A stretch of 64,000 bases of DNA from positions 64,001-128,000 of the forward strand of contig CAVVYZ010000022.1 of the NCBI GenBank assembly GCA_963752595.1, read 5' to 3'. Made by a program: the position numbers and the translations under genes. The notes under the pieces were generated by a model. It saw only the letters and a list, made by a program, of their open reading frames with translations, made no database searches and had not been told where the DNA came from. The DNA is from an uncultured delta proteobacterium. GTDB lineage: Bacteria > Desulfobacterota > Desulfomonilia > UBA1062. Position 1 is the stretch's first letter. Every line of letters starts with the position of its first letter. Positions 44,167-53,662 of this stretch are shown here, in pieces.

Positions 44167-44403
44167 TCATGTCTGCCAGTAAATCCTGTTTTTTTGATCG
44201 GCCAGAAGTTTTATATAAACCCTTCGTGCTTTATCCATTGAAACATATGTTTCTTCCGGAAAAAGGGATATCGTACGGTTACAGCTCGGATTCGGACATT
44301 TACCCGTATAGAGGGGAGACCGGGGGAAATTCTGAAACCTTGCAAAAAACTTAGTCTTACATCCCTGGTGATCGAACAGGGCAATGGATTTCCCTTCCCT
44401 CAT
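44167..44403 (-). CDS. Small hypothetical protein with putative Zn site
   Basis: HQGC...CPNPSC; GGGGAGG RBS. Confidence 0.6.
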   Translation of the reverse strand: MREGKSIALFDHQGCKTKFFARFQNFPRSPLYTGKCPNPSCNRTISLFPEETYVSMDKARRVYIKLLADQKNRIYWQT

Positions 44404-44612
44404 GGTTTGCCTCCCTTTTGCAATATTGAAAAGAACTATCTTACGAATGAATAGTAAGCAGAATAGTTATTCCATCAAGAACCCCGGAGCCTCCTTTATT
44501 CGGGGTAATTCAAAAGTATTCCGGCAGGTCTCCTTGCTGCTGACTGTTTTTGAATCATGCTGCAGAGGCAATGTTCAGGGGAGGATCAATTTGTTCTATT
44601 TGTCGGAAGGGA

Positions 44613-44942
44613 TTAAGACAAGATCTTGAGAAGAAAGAAGTGCCTGTCGATTATCTCGTAGTTCCCGGTTTCCTGGCACCATGCAAAAGCCTCCTCCTCG
44701 CTTATGGGCCGGATGCTCGAACCGCCGAACCACATCTCTGAATTTCGAGAGGATTGAAACCGGGAATAAAGGCCGCCCCGGGTGTAGAGGAAATAGTTTC
44801 CCTTCCCTGTCCTATAGAGGATTTCAGTTTCCCGCATGAAACTGCCGGATACTTCTCCAGGATTCCATTCCGCCAGCCTTTCGGATCCTGAGAGGTTGTA
44901 TTCGTCCTCATCCATATATTCCCGGTCATTCTGCTGGATCAT
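44613..44942 (-). CDS. Hypothetical protein resembling mobile-element/phage proteins
   Basis: EILYRTGKGNYFLY...GG...WFGGSSIRPISEEEAFAW pattern, recalled from phage-associated hypotheticals and not verified. Confidence 0.55.
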   Translation of the reverse strand: MIQQNDREYMDEDEYNLSGSERLAEWNPGEVSGSFMRETEILYRTGKGNYFLYTRGGLYSRFQSSRNSEMWFGGSSIRPISEEEAFAWCQETGNYEIIDRHFFLLKILS

Positions 44943-45087
44943 CAGACATGATTGCCATAAAACCTTTTGATAATCAAAAGATAATTATACCCGCTAGTGA
45001 TTCTCATAAGAATCACAGGCACAGTACAGTAAAAAGAAAGCCTTTATTTTGCATGCATGAATTTAAGAGGTCATTGTGTTATGCGGG

Positions 45088-45114
45088 AACTCCCCAGGCC
45101 CGGCCTGGGGAGTT
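45088..45114. repeat. Perfect GC-rich inverted repeat (13-bp arms)
   Basis: AACTCCCCAGGCC-C-GGCCTGGGGAGTT. Confidence 0.8.
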
Positions 45115-45166
45115 GCTTCCGTAGTCAAAGGCGTGCGAGTACAAGAGAGTCCGGTTCTCTTTCTGA

Positions 45167-45400
45167 TCAATCGACGCGGAGGCAAATCATGGTGTAACTT
45201 TTCTTTGGGCCTATCGTGGGATGATTGAACTGTAACCCGGCTTCATCAGGAGTGAACCCAGCATCCAAACACATATCCTTAATCTTTTCCCTGCATCGGA
45301 GGATAACCCAGAAAAGCTGCTCCTGAAGTTCATTGAGGGTCTTTTCAGATATCTCCCTTTCTTTGACCGCAGGATTCACCAGATTTACCGGCCTCTTCAT
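45167..45400 (-). CDS. Small hypothetical protein
   Basis: MKRPVNLV...; AGGAG RBS just after the upstream stop. Confidence 0.55.
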   Translation of the reverse strand: MKRPVNLVNPAVKEREISEKTLNELQEQLFWVILRCREKIKDMCLDAGFTPDEAGLQFNHPTIGPKKSYTMICLRVD

Positions 45401-45416
45401 CTGATTCAATCTCCTG

Positions 45417-45641
45417 CTACTTTGCCTGTTCAATGAGTTCATCGATATTGTTCCCATTAAATTTTCCTCTCAACACAAATTCGTTTATTTTGCCGACGTC
45501 TGCCCCACCTTCGACTGCCGCATTGAGCCTTTCAAATTTTCTCTTGACAATTTCAAGCTTTCCAGCATTGACAACTCTCCTGATCAGATGAAAAACCTCT
45601 TCATCACTCCACCATGATTTATCTTTTGATTGATCGCTCAT
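45417..45641 (-). CDS. Small hypothetical protein
   Basis: MSDQSKDKSWWSDEEV...; AGGAGG RBS. Confidence 0.6.
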   Translation of the reverse strand: MSDQSKDKSWWSDEEVFHLIRRVVNAGKLEIVKRKFERLNAAVEGGADVGKINEFVLRGKFNGNNIDELIEQAK

Positions 45642-46029
45642 GGTCCAAAAACCTCCTAAAAATAACTTCATTAATTTGATGAATAGTAACACAAATAATA
45701 ATGTTAATTAATAAAGTTATTGTTTTAATAATATATTATGAGGTGTTTTGAACATCTCAAGGCTTGATGATAAATTAAATTTAAATTAATAATTAAATTA
45801 GTCTATTACAATGATTAAAATACGGAAATAGGCTCGATTCCACGATCGGGGAGCACTTCCGGAATCTCTGAAATTCCTTGGTGAAGGCCATTCTCAATAC
45901 GCTTTAATTTATGACCACATGCATCAAGCGGAAGGGAAGAGAAAACAAATAAATGTAACAACTTTATTTATAAATCATGGAACTTTCATCAGAGGGATCA
46001 TTGATTAATTACAGGAAAGATTTACTACA

Positions 46030-46209
46030 ATGCTTATGAAGATAATAAGACGTTCTCAGTATACGATGAGACTCGATAGCAATATAATGAAAAAGGTAAA
46101 AATCCTGGCGATAGAAGAGGGCAAGAAGGCCAATAGCCTTATTGAGGAAGCTCTTCTGGAATACTTAAAAAAACATGAGAGCGAATACCTTCATTATGAC
46201 AGGGCTTAA
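46030..46209 (+). CDS. Ribbon-helix-helix (CopG/Arc-like) protein, 59 aa, absent from the ORF track
   Basis: Own translation MLMKIIRRSQYTMRLDSNIMKKVKILAIEEGKKANSLIEEALLEYLKKHESEYLHYDRA; beta-helix-G-helix pattern. Confidence 0.75.
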   Translation: MLMKIIRRSQYTMRLDSNIMKKVKILAIEEGKKANSLIEEALLEYLKKHESEYLHYDRA

Positions 46210-46416
46210 TGCAAGGATGGGAATGATGCCCCCTTTTTCTCTCATGATATCCTCTTTGTGCCGCTCATTTTTAAAAGATAGTATGTCCTTTTCCAGGTGC
46301 AGGCAGGAATAGAACGGGACAGGTTATTCCCTTGTCGGGGGGAAAAGGTACATAAGAAGGAATTGTGCGTCTTTAAAGCCTATCACTGATGAAATGTTTC
46401 AGTAAGGAGGATTCCT

Positions 46417-46611
46417 ATGGTGGATCAGTCCATGGAATTTGTTGAGGTACAGGCTTTCAAGGGGAGTCATAAGGTGTACTTCAAACCGACTGGCGAAATC
46501 CTTGATACCTTCATGAACCGGTGGGATGCATTACGGGTCGCGCATGCAGTGGAAAAAGCCCTGCAGTCGATGCACGTGAGAAACGACTCGATAGGGTCAC
46601 GTTGCTTGTGA
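46417..46611 (+). CDS. Small hypothetical protein
   Basis: 64 aa ORF with strong AAGGAGG RBS. Confidence 0.55.
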   Translation: MVDQSMEFVEVQAFKGSHKVYFKPTGEILDTFMNRWDALRVAHAVEKALQSMHVRNDSIGSRCL

Positions 46612-46700
46612 GTCGAGCACGGTGCGACCCGGATTAACCGCAGGGCCGTCGTAACAGCAAAGTCCGGCTTTAAGGCTCCATATCCTCCGGATGGCAGCTC

Positions 46701-46922
46701 TCATTCAAACCGGCCCAGGTGACAATCGGGTTTTTGCTCAGTTACGGTCGCACCGGCCTCCTGGAGGGTTGCATCCTTGGAAAAAGAAAGGAGGATGGTT
46801 CCCGGCTCGTATTCTATCCGGGATGCTGTCCCCGGGGCTGATCCGGAGCTTTCCTTATTACATCCGGAAATATATGCAGAAACGACGGCAATAAGAAAGA
46901 ATACCGTGAGACTTCGTCTCAT
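46701..46922 (-). pseudogene. Probable truncated lipoprotein (S8-protease prodomain-like start)
   Basis: Lipobox ISGC followed by EYEPGTILLSF; ORF ends after 73 aa. Confidence 0.4.
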
Positions 46923-47019
46923 AAAATTTATGAACTCTCCCGATTACAACATCTATATCATTATAAGTAATTAATATTTAATCATTTATTTCTCAAGAAA
47001 GAGAAAGTTTTCAGATATA

Positions 47020-47094
47020 TGGAGCCAGCGAAGGGGGTTGAACCCTTGACCTGCTGATTACGAATCAGCTGCTCTACCACTGAGCTACGCTGGC
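47020..47094 (-). tRNA. tRNA-Thr(CGT)
   Basis: GCCAGCGTAGCTCAGTGGTAGAGCAGCTGATTCGTAATCAGCAGGTCAAGGGTTCAACCCCCTTCGCTGGCTCCA; anticodon CGT, encoded CCA. Confidence 0.97.
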
Positions 47095-47245
47095 ACCGCA
47101 GACTTTTTTGACATATACCCGGGCATTGTCAATGGGATAGGCCATATTTCTATGGATGCATTTCCAAAGGTCAAATCCTTACAGAAAGAGTCGTAAAAAG
47201 AACCCATTAGGAGAATTTCTTTTTCCCCAGATGAAAAGATAAGGG

Positions 47246-47995
47246 CTACAGGATCTGCCTCATGAACTGCTGGGCCCGCTCATGGGTGGGGTTCTTGAAG
47301 AAATGCTCGGGCGAGCCCTCTTCCAGGATCTTGCCGTAGTCCATGAAGATGACCCGGTCGGCCACCTCGCGGGCAAAGCCCATCTCGTGGGTGACCACGA
47401 TCATGGTCATGCCTTCCTTGGCGAGCTTCACCATGACATCCAGCACCTCGCCGATCATCTCGGGATCAAGGGCGGACGTGGGCTCGTCGAAGAGCATGAG
47501 CCTGGGCTGCATGGCAAGCGCCCGGGCAATGGCGACGCGCTGCTGCTGGCCGCCGGAGAGCTTCGTGGGGTAGACGTTCGCCTTCTCGCGGATGCCCACC
47601 TTGTCCAGAAGCGCCATTGGCGATCTCTTCCGCCTCCTGCCTTGGAGCGCTTGCGCACCACGATCTGGGCCAGGGTGAGGTTCTCGAGCACGGTCTTGTG
47701 GGGGAAGACGTTGAACTGACTGGAACACCATGCCCACCTCTTCCCTGACCTTGTTGATGTTGGTCTCGTGGTCGTTGATCTCGAAGCCGTCCACGATGAT
47801 GGTGCCGGCATTGATTTCTTCGAGCTTGTTGATGGAGCGCAGCAGCGTGCTCTTGCCCGAGCCTGAAGGCCCGATGATGACGACCTTCTCTCCGTCGTAC
47901 ACATCGAGCGATACGTCGTCCAGGGCCTTGAGCGTGCCGAAGTACTTGGCCACGCCCTTCATCTCGACCATCTTGCGGCGGTTGTCATTCTGCAC
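47246..47995 (-). CDS. Polar amino-acid ABC transporter ATP-binding protein (GlnQ-like); compensating frameshifts about 47620-47720
   Basis: [21 protein letters not shown] (alternate frame), [30 protein letters not shown]. Confidence 0.9.
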   Translation of the reverse strand: MQNDNRRKMVEMKGVAKYFGTLKALDDVSLDVYDGEKVVIIGPSGSGKSTLLRSINKLEEINAGTIIVDGFEINDHETNINKVREEVGMVFQSVQRLPPQDRAREPHPGPDRGAQALQGRRRKRSPMALLDKVGIREKANVYPTKLSGGQQQRVAIARALAMQPRLMLFDEPTSALDPEMIGEVLDVMVKLAKEGMTMIVVTHEMGFAREVADRVIFMDYGKILEEGSPEHFFKNPTHERAQQFMRQIL

Positions 47996-48768
47996 TGATC
48001 TTCTCCTCCATGATGCTGATGAGCTTTGAGAGGAACAGCGTGATGATGAGGTAGACCAGGGCCACCACCGTGTAGGTCTCGAAGTAGGTGAAGCTCTCCG
48101 ATGCATACTCCCTGCCCCGCCTCAGGAGATCGGCAACCGCAAGGATGGAAACGAGGGATGAGTCCTTGAGCAGGGCCACGAATTCGTTTCCCACGGGCGG
48201 CAGGATGGTCTTGAATGCCTGGGGCAGGATGACATGATACATGGACTGCGCGGGTGTCATGCCCAGGGAACGGGCCGCCTCGGTCTGCCCTTTGGGGATG
48301 GACTGGATGCCTGCCCTGAAGATCTCTCCCATGTAGGCGCCGTAGCATATGGCCATGGCGAGCACCGCGCTCGGCAATGGCGGCATCTGGACGACGCGGC
48401 CCAGGGCGTAATAGATGTAGAAGAGCTGGACGAGCAGCGGGATGCCCCGGATCACCTCCACGTAAAGCGAGGCGATGCCGTTGATGAGCGGGTTCTTCGA
48501 AATCCTGCCCAAGCCCGTGAAAAGGCCGATCACAAGGGCCAGGATGATGGACAGCACCGTGACCTCGAAGGTGACCAGGATCCCGTCCGGGACGAACTGC
48601 ATGATGTCGAGATACGGATCCTTCTTGAAAGATCGCGAGGTATGCAATAATGGCGATGGCGCCGAAGAAGGCCACCCTCCAGGCCGTAAAGAGGCCGATA
48701 TCTTCCTTTGTGGGGATGGCGGCACCATCGCCTACATCGATAGAAACCTTCTGAGTATCTTCGAGTAT
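47985..48768 (-). CDS. Polar amino-acid ABC permease; frameshift near 48630, start uncertain
   Basis: [47 protein letters not shown]. Confidence 0.9.
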
Positions 48769-48783
48769 CTTCTCTCTTTTGCT

Positions 48784-49546
48784 TTATCTCAGCCACTTCT
48801 TCTCAAGCTGCTTGTCGATGCCTTTTGCCTGGACAGCCTTGATGCCCTTGTTGAGCAGGTCCAGCAGTTCCTTGTTGCCCTTCTTCACCACGATGCCGTA
48901 GCTCTCCTTGGTGAAAGGCTTGCCCACGATCATGAACTTTGCTTTGTATTCTTTCCTCTGGAGCGCGTAGTCTGCAGCTACAGGAGTATCGCACACAACG
49001 CCCTCGATCCTGCCGGCTGCCATGTCCTCGAAAGCGAGGCCGATCTCATCGTAGTTCTTACCCTCGACTCCTGCAACCTTCTTGATCTCCATGGCGCCGG
49101 TGGTCCCGATCTGGGCTCCGACCTTCTTGCCTTTCATGTCGGCAAGGGAGGATACGCCTTTGAGTGTCTTGGGGGACGGTAAGCACCTGGCCGGCATTGA
49201 TGTAGGGAAGAGAGAAATCAAAGTTCTTTTTCCGCTCGTCATTGATGGTCACGGATGAGATGACTGCATCATACTTACCCAGTTTCAGCCCCTCGAAAAT
49301 TCCATCCCATGCCGTATTCTTGAACTCGACATTGAAACCTGCCTCTTTGGCAACGGCGCTTAGGAAGTCGATATCAAACCCGACAATTTTTTTGTTCGTA
49401 TTCACCATCTCCATGGGGGGCCATGTTGCGTCGGTGGCCACAACGATCGTTTTCTTCCCGGCAGCGGATGCCTGCCCGGATACAAAAACACCCAGGAACA
49501 CAGCGATTGCTAGAACAGCGACAAAAAGAGACCTGGCATTTCTCAT
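48784..49546 (-). CDS. Polar (basic) amino-acid ABC substrate-binding protein; frameshift near 49185
   Basis: Signal peptide, ATDATWPPME, GFDID, WDGIF, GAQIGTTG, ESYGIVVKKG. Confidence 0.9.
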
Positions 49547-49781
49547 AGATTCCCTCCCCTTATAAAGTGGAAAAACTTGGCTATTCACTAATGCTTCGAA
49601 TGTTGAGTAACACAATTTCAACCCCACGTCCAGAGCAGAGAAGGATTTTAGATTCATTTATCAAAAGCATATGATGAAGGGCTTGAATGCCTTGGGAAAA
49701 TGGCTGTCGATCAATTTTATTGAACCTGGGATTTATCCTCGTGCATATTTCATAGTAGAAAATTTCATGAAGGTATTTTTC

Positions 49782-49831
49782 TTGACAAGAAACGGTTGTG
49801 GGCTTATCTTTCCGGATTGAATAAAATTTCA
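49782..49831 (+). promoter_or_regulatory. Sigma-70-like promoter with downstream imperfect palindrome (candidate TetR operator)
   Basis: TTGACA-N17-TATCTT; TGAA-TAAAAT-TTCA at 49818-49831. Confidence 0.5.
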
Positions 49832-49856
49832 GATTATCCTTTAATGTAGGTACATT

Positions 49857-50517
49857 ATGACGACCAAAGGGTCAGAAAAAAGAAAAGAAGAAACAAAAGA
49901 AAAAATAGTTGCTGCTGCGTGCGAGCTTTTCAGCAAGTACGGCTACCACAACACGCAGGTGATGGATATCGTCAAGGCCGTGGGGATGTCTGCCGGAACA
50001 TTCTACAATCATTTCCGCGACAAGAAAGACCTCTACCGGCAGCTTACCCTCGAAAGCCTCGAGAGTCTCAGACTGCACGTGAAAAAAATGCGGGAGCCTG
50101 TCGATATCTGGAACCCGAATGAAAGAAGCCAGATCTTGAACGAGATGTTTAATGCAATCTTCGATTTTATCGATTCAAATCCCCAGCAGTTCCTTATGCT
50201 GCTGCGTGGTGGTTTCGGCGTAGACGAAGAGCTTGACTTCAGCATCTGGAATTACTTTATCGGTTTTGCAGAAGATGCGGGTGAGGACGTTCAGCGATGG
50301 ATGAGCGAGGGGGTAATCGAAGGAATTGACCCCATGCTCTTCGGACATGCCTGTGTCGGGATGTGCCTTCAGCTCATCCACAGCTACCTGGTCGAAAAGA
50401 GATTCTCCCGGGAGGATGTAATTAAGAACCTGATCCGGATGATCCTCGCCATGTTCGAATCACTACCTCACAGAAGAAGGTCGCAAGGCGCTGGAGTCTC
50501 AAATTACAGAAGGGTAA
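49857..50517 (+). CDS. TetR/AcrR family regulator; probable 1-nt error near 50460, true stop likely 50517
   Basis: IVAAACELFSKYGYHNTQVMDIVKAVGMSAGTFYNHFRDKKDL HTH; shifted frame gives YLTEEGRKALESQITEG*. Confidence 0.9.
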
Positions 50518-50766
50518 AACCTCTCTATTCCCTTTGCTTACTCTTGCTCCCAAAGCCGGGCGAGTACGTCTTTCATGCCTTTGTCGAGGATATCCAGGTG
50601 GGCGGCCACATCCACATACCCTGTCTTCTTCATCCCGGGCCGCCAATATAGGAATAATTACACAATTGTCTCTTTGAGATTGATATAACTTGGTTTGTTG
50701 ACAATATCCTTGAAGATGGATACACCTATTGAAATACTAACTGATTATCGAACGAGGGGAGGAATC

Positions 50767-51582
50767 ATGAATATCATTTATGAAAAGCAAGGCCATATCG
50801 CGCGTGTCGGCCTCAACCGCCCGAAGCAGCTCAACGCCCTTGATCCCGGCATTCTCCTGGATCTCCACAATGCCTGGATAGATATCAACAATGACGATTC
50901 CATAAGGGTTGCCGTGCTCTATTCCTCGCTTCCCGGAATCTTCTGCTCGGGCATGGATCTGAAGACAGCCATCCCGGTCCTCACGAAAGCCCGGGAGCCG
51001 GAGAACGATGCCGAAAAATGGATCATCACCGGATGGGATGGTTCGGGCGGCGTTGCCGAGGCCATGCTCAAGGTCAGCTTTGTGAACAAGCCTGTCATCG
51101 CAGCAATCAATGGCTACTGCCTCACCGGAGGATTCGAGATGGTCATGGGGGCAGACTTGAGGGTCGCATCCACTGATGCAGTTTTCCAGATGCGGGAAGC
51201 AAGCCTCGGAATCATGCCCACGGGCGGGGGTAATGTCTTTCTCCCTCGGCATGTCTCTCCATGCAGGGCCCTGGAGATCCTGCTGACAGCCGGGAACTTC
51301 GATGCCCAGACCATGTACGAGTGGGGGTTCCTCAATCGCGTCGTACCCAAAGAAAAGCTCATGGACACAGCCATGGAGCTTGCAGAAAAGATCGCAGGCA
51401 ACGGCCCTCTTTCTACCCAGGGGATCATCCGCCTGTCCAGGGAAACGAGGATGATGGAGATGAGTGAGTCATTTAAAAAAGAAGTGGCGATCGGCATGCC
51501 CATCTTCGGGAGCGAAGATGCACGGGAAGGTGTCAGGGCGCAAAAAGAGAAGCGCAAACCCGATTTCCCGGGTAAATACTGA
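50767..51582 (+). CDS. Enoyl-CoA hydratase/isomerase (crotonase)
   Basis: LNRPKQLNAL, FCSGMDL, KPVIAAINGYCLTGGFE, EDAREGV...EKRKPDF. Confidence 0.93.
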   Translation: MNIIYEKQGHIARVGLNRPKQLNALDPGILLDLHNAWIDINNDDSIRVAVLYSSLPGIFCSGMDLKTAIPVLTKAREPENDAEKWIITGWDGSGGVAEAMLKVSFVNKPVIAAINGYCLTGGFEMVMGADLRVASTDAVFQMREASLGIMPTGGGNVFLPRHVSPCRALEILLTAGNFDAQTMYEWGFLNRVVPKEKLMDTAMELAEKIAGNGPLSTQGIIRLSRETRMMEMSESFKKEVAIGMPIFGSEDAREGVRAQKEKRKPDFPGKY

Positions 51583-51637
51583 TCTTTGGCTTCTGCCTGT
51601 TTTGTCACGCGCAGTTTCAAGAAATCAGCGGGCATCC

Positions 51638-52549
51638 ATGGATCGGTTTGCAAAGGCATCAGCCATGCTGGGATATTTCCTGAGGACGAGCGTTCTCGGG
51701 CAGCAGATCCCGCTCCTTGCAAGCATAAAGCTGACATACCGGTGCAACCTGGCCTGTTCCGGATGCCCCTTTCACCAGCGCGCAAGGATGCCCGGCTCTC
51801 ATATGAGCAAGGATAACGCCTTTCAGAGCCTGAATAGTCTGAAGCAGATGGGGTGCAACTTCATCGTGTTTGAAGGCGGTGAGCCGTTGCTCTGGAAAGA
51901 CGGGAGCTATACGTTCAGCGACCTTGTACATCATGCACGAAAGAATTTCTTGTGTGTCGGAGCGACAACCAACGGAACCATGCCCCTTGATGCTCCAACC
52001 GATGTACTCTGGGTGAGCATCGACGGGTTGAAGCCCACCCATGATGCCTTGAGGAGCAACTCATATGATGCAATCATGGCCAATATCCGCTCGTCCGGTC
52101 ATCAGAAACTCTTTGTGCACTATACGCTCAACACAAGGAACTGGCGTGATTTTGCCGCAGCCGCAGACATGCTTTCCTCCCTTGAGCAGATCAAAGGCAT
52201 CACCGTGCAATTCTTCTATCCTTATGAACAGGGAGAGGAGAACCTGAAGCTTTCACCCGAAGACCGCACGCAGGCGATACGGACAATCTTGAGCCTCAAA
52301 AGGCTCGGCTATCCCATCATGAACTCCGCGTGGAGCCTGAAGGCGATGATCCATAATACCTGGCAATGTCGCGACCGTCTCCTCGCCAATGTGGAACCGG
52401 ACGGGAACGTTTCCGTCGGATGCTATGTAAAAAACCGCGGAAACATAAAATGCCATGAGTGCGGGTTTACCCCTGTGGCCGAGGCATCCGGGGCCATGGA
52501 TCTTACCATCGGATCGCTCAAAGCGGGCTGGGATATTTTCCTCTCATGA
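51638..52549 (+). CDS. Radical SAM protein with C-terminal Cys-rich domain (DUF3463/HpnH-like)
   Basis: CNLACSGC, GGEPLL, VSIDG, C-terminal C...GC...CHECG. Confidence 0.88.
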   Translation: MDRFAKASAMLGYFLRTSVLGQQIPLLASIKLTYRCNLACSGCPFHQRARMPGSHMSKDNAFQSLNSLKQMGCNFIVFEGGEPLLWKDGSYTFSDLVHHARKNFLCVGATTNGTMPLDAPTDVLWVSIDGLKPTHDALRSNSYDAIMANIRSSGHQKLFVHYTLNTRNWRDFAAAADMLSSLEQIKGITVQFFYPYEQGEENLKLSPEDRTQAIRTILSLKRLGYPIMNSAWSLKAMIHNTWQCRDRLLANVEPDGNVSVGCYVKNRGNIKCHECGFTPVAEASGAMDLTIGSLKAGWDIFLS

Positions 52550-53406
52550 ATAGCGTGAATAATCCTCCAACCGGCCTTATGAGCGGACTCCCGGAAAAGA
52601 TCATCGACTTCCATGTTCACCTGTTTCCTGACGATCTGTTTGAGGCCATATGGGATTTTTTTAAAAGGCACTATGGTCTGGAGGTGGTCCATAAACTCTA
52701 TGCTCAGCAATGCATAGAGTATCTAAGGGATAAGGGCGTTGATGCCATCGTATACTCCAATTATGCCCATAAAAAGGGAGTGGCGGAAAGGCTGAACGAC
52801 TGGAATGTAAACCTCCTCGATCGAACGGAATCTCTCTACTGTTTTGCAGCTTTTCACCCTGATGATGACAAGGCCCTGGAAATGGCGGATCGTATCATTA
52901 CTCACCCCAGGGTGCTGGGTTTCAAGCTTCATTTCCTTGTGCAGTGCTTCTATCCCGACGACGAGCGCCTCTTCCCTCTGTATGAGATGGTAATGAAGCA
53001 TAACAAGAGGCTTCTTCTGCATATCGGCACAGGCCCCATAGGAAACGATTACACGGGTATCATACGTTTCAGGAACGTACTTGCCCGCTATCCTGATCTT
53101 CCCGCAAATATCGCGCACATGGGGGCATTCGAATTCGGTGAATTCTTCGATCTTCTGGGTGGTCATCCCAAACTATTCCTCGACACATCATACTGTTTCC
53201 TTCCCGGAAAATTCAGGATGTTCAAGCTGGAAAACGACCTCCTGGAAAGGTATCAGAACAGGATTCTTTATGGATCGGACTTCCCGAACCTTTTCCATCA
53301 CCGCCGGGAAGAGATCATGGCTCTGAAGGCATTGGGTCTCTCTCGGAGATTCTATGACCGTATCTTCCTGGAAAATGCAAAAACACTCCTTATGCCTGTT
53401 ACTTAG
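52546..53406 (+). CDS. Amidohydrolase_2 family metallohydrolase/decarboxylase
   Basis: IIDFHVH, GFKLH, LHIG, IAHMG, LYGSDFP, ENAK. Confidence 0.9.
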   Translation: MNSVNNPPTGLMSGLPEKIIDFHVHLFPDDLFEAIWDFFKRHYGLEVVHKLYAQQCIEYLRDKGVDAIVYSNYAHKKGVAERLNDWNVNLLDRTESLYCFAAFHPDDDKALEMADRIITHPRVLGFKLHFLVQCFYPDDERLFPLYEMVMKHNKRLLLHIGTGPIGNDYTGIIRFRNVLARYPDLPANIAHMGAFEFGEFFDLLGGHPKLFLDTSYCFLPGKFRMFKLENDLLERYQNRILYGSDFPNLFHHRREEIMALKALGLSRRFYDRIFLENAKTLLMPVT

Positions 53407-53662
53407 TGATATGGCCGGTTATCGCTGAATATCTGCCTTTTATATTCCCTAATGACCAGCAAATGCATCGGATCTTATTTTATTATCTATTTTTGACATT
53501 TATTGTGCATCCTTTTTAGATCCGGATCATCAAAAATATATAAAAAGAGAAACAGACCTAAAGAAGCAAACATTTAACCTCCTCTTATAGGATGGCGCGT
53601 CCTATGCCCTAACCGCCATCCTTTTTTTTGCCCTTTCCCTTGAAAATATCGATATAATTTAA

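Noticed and set aside
46640-46705. GCAAAG...TAAGG...ATGGCAGC resembling a c-di-GMP-I riboswitch
   Set aside because: GGCAAAC/GAAA P2 arm missing and no downstream co-oriented gene; a cmsearch would be needed
47108-47132. TTGACA...TGTCAA inverted repeat upstream of the tRNA
   Set aside because: Short and imperfect; probably the tRNA -35 element plus a chance match
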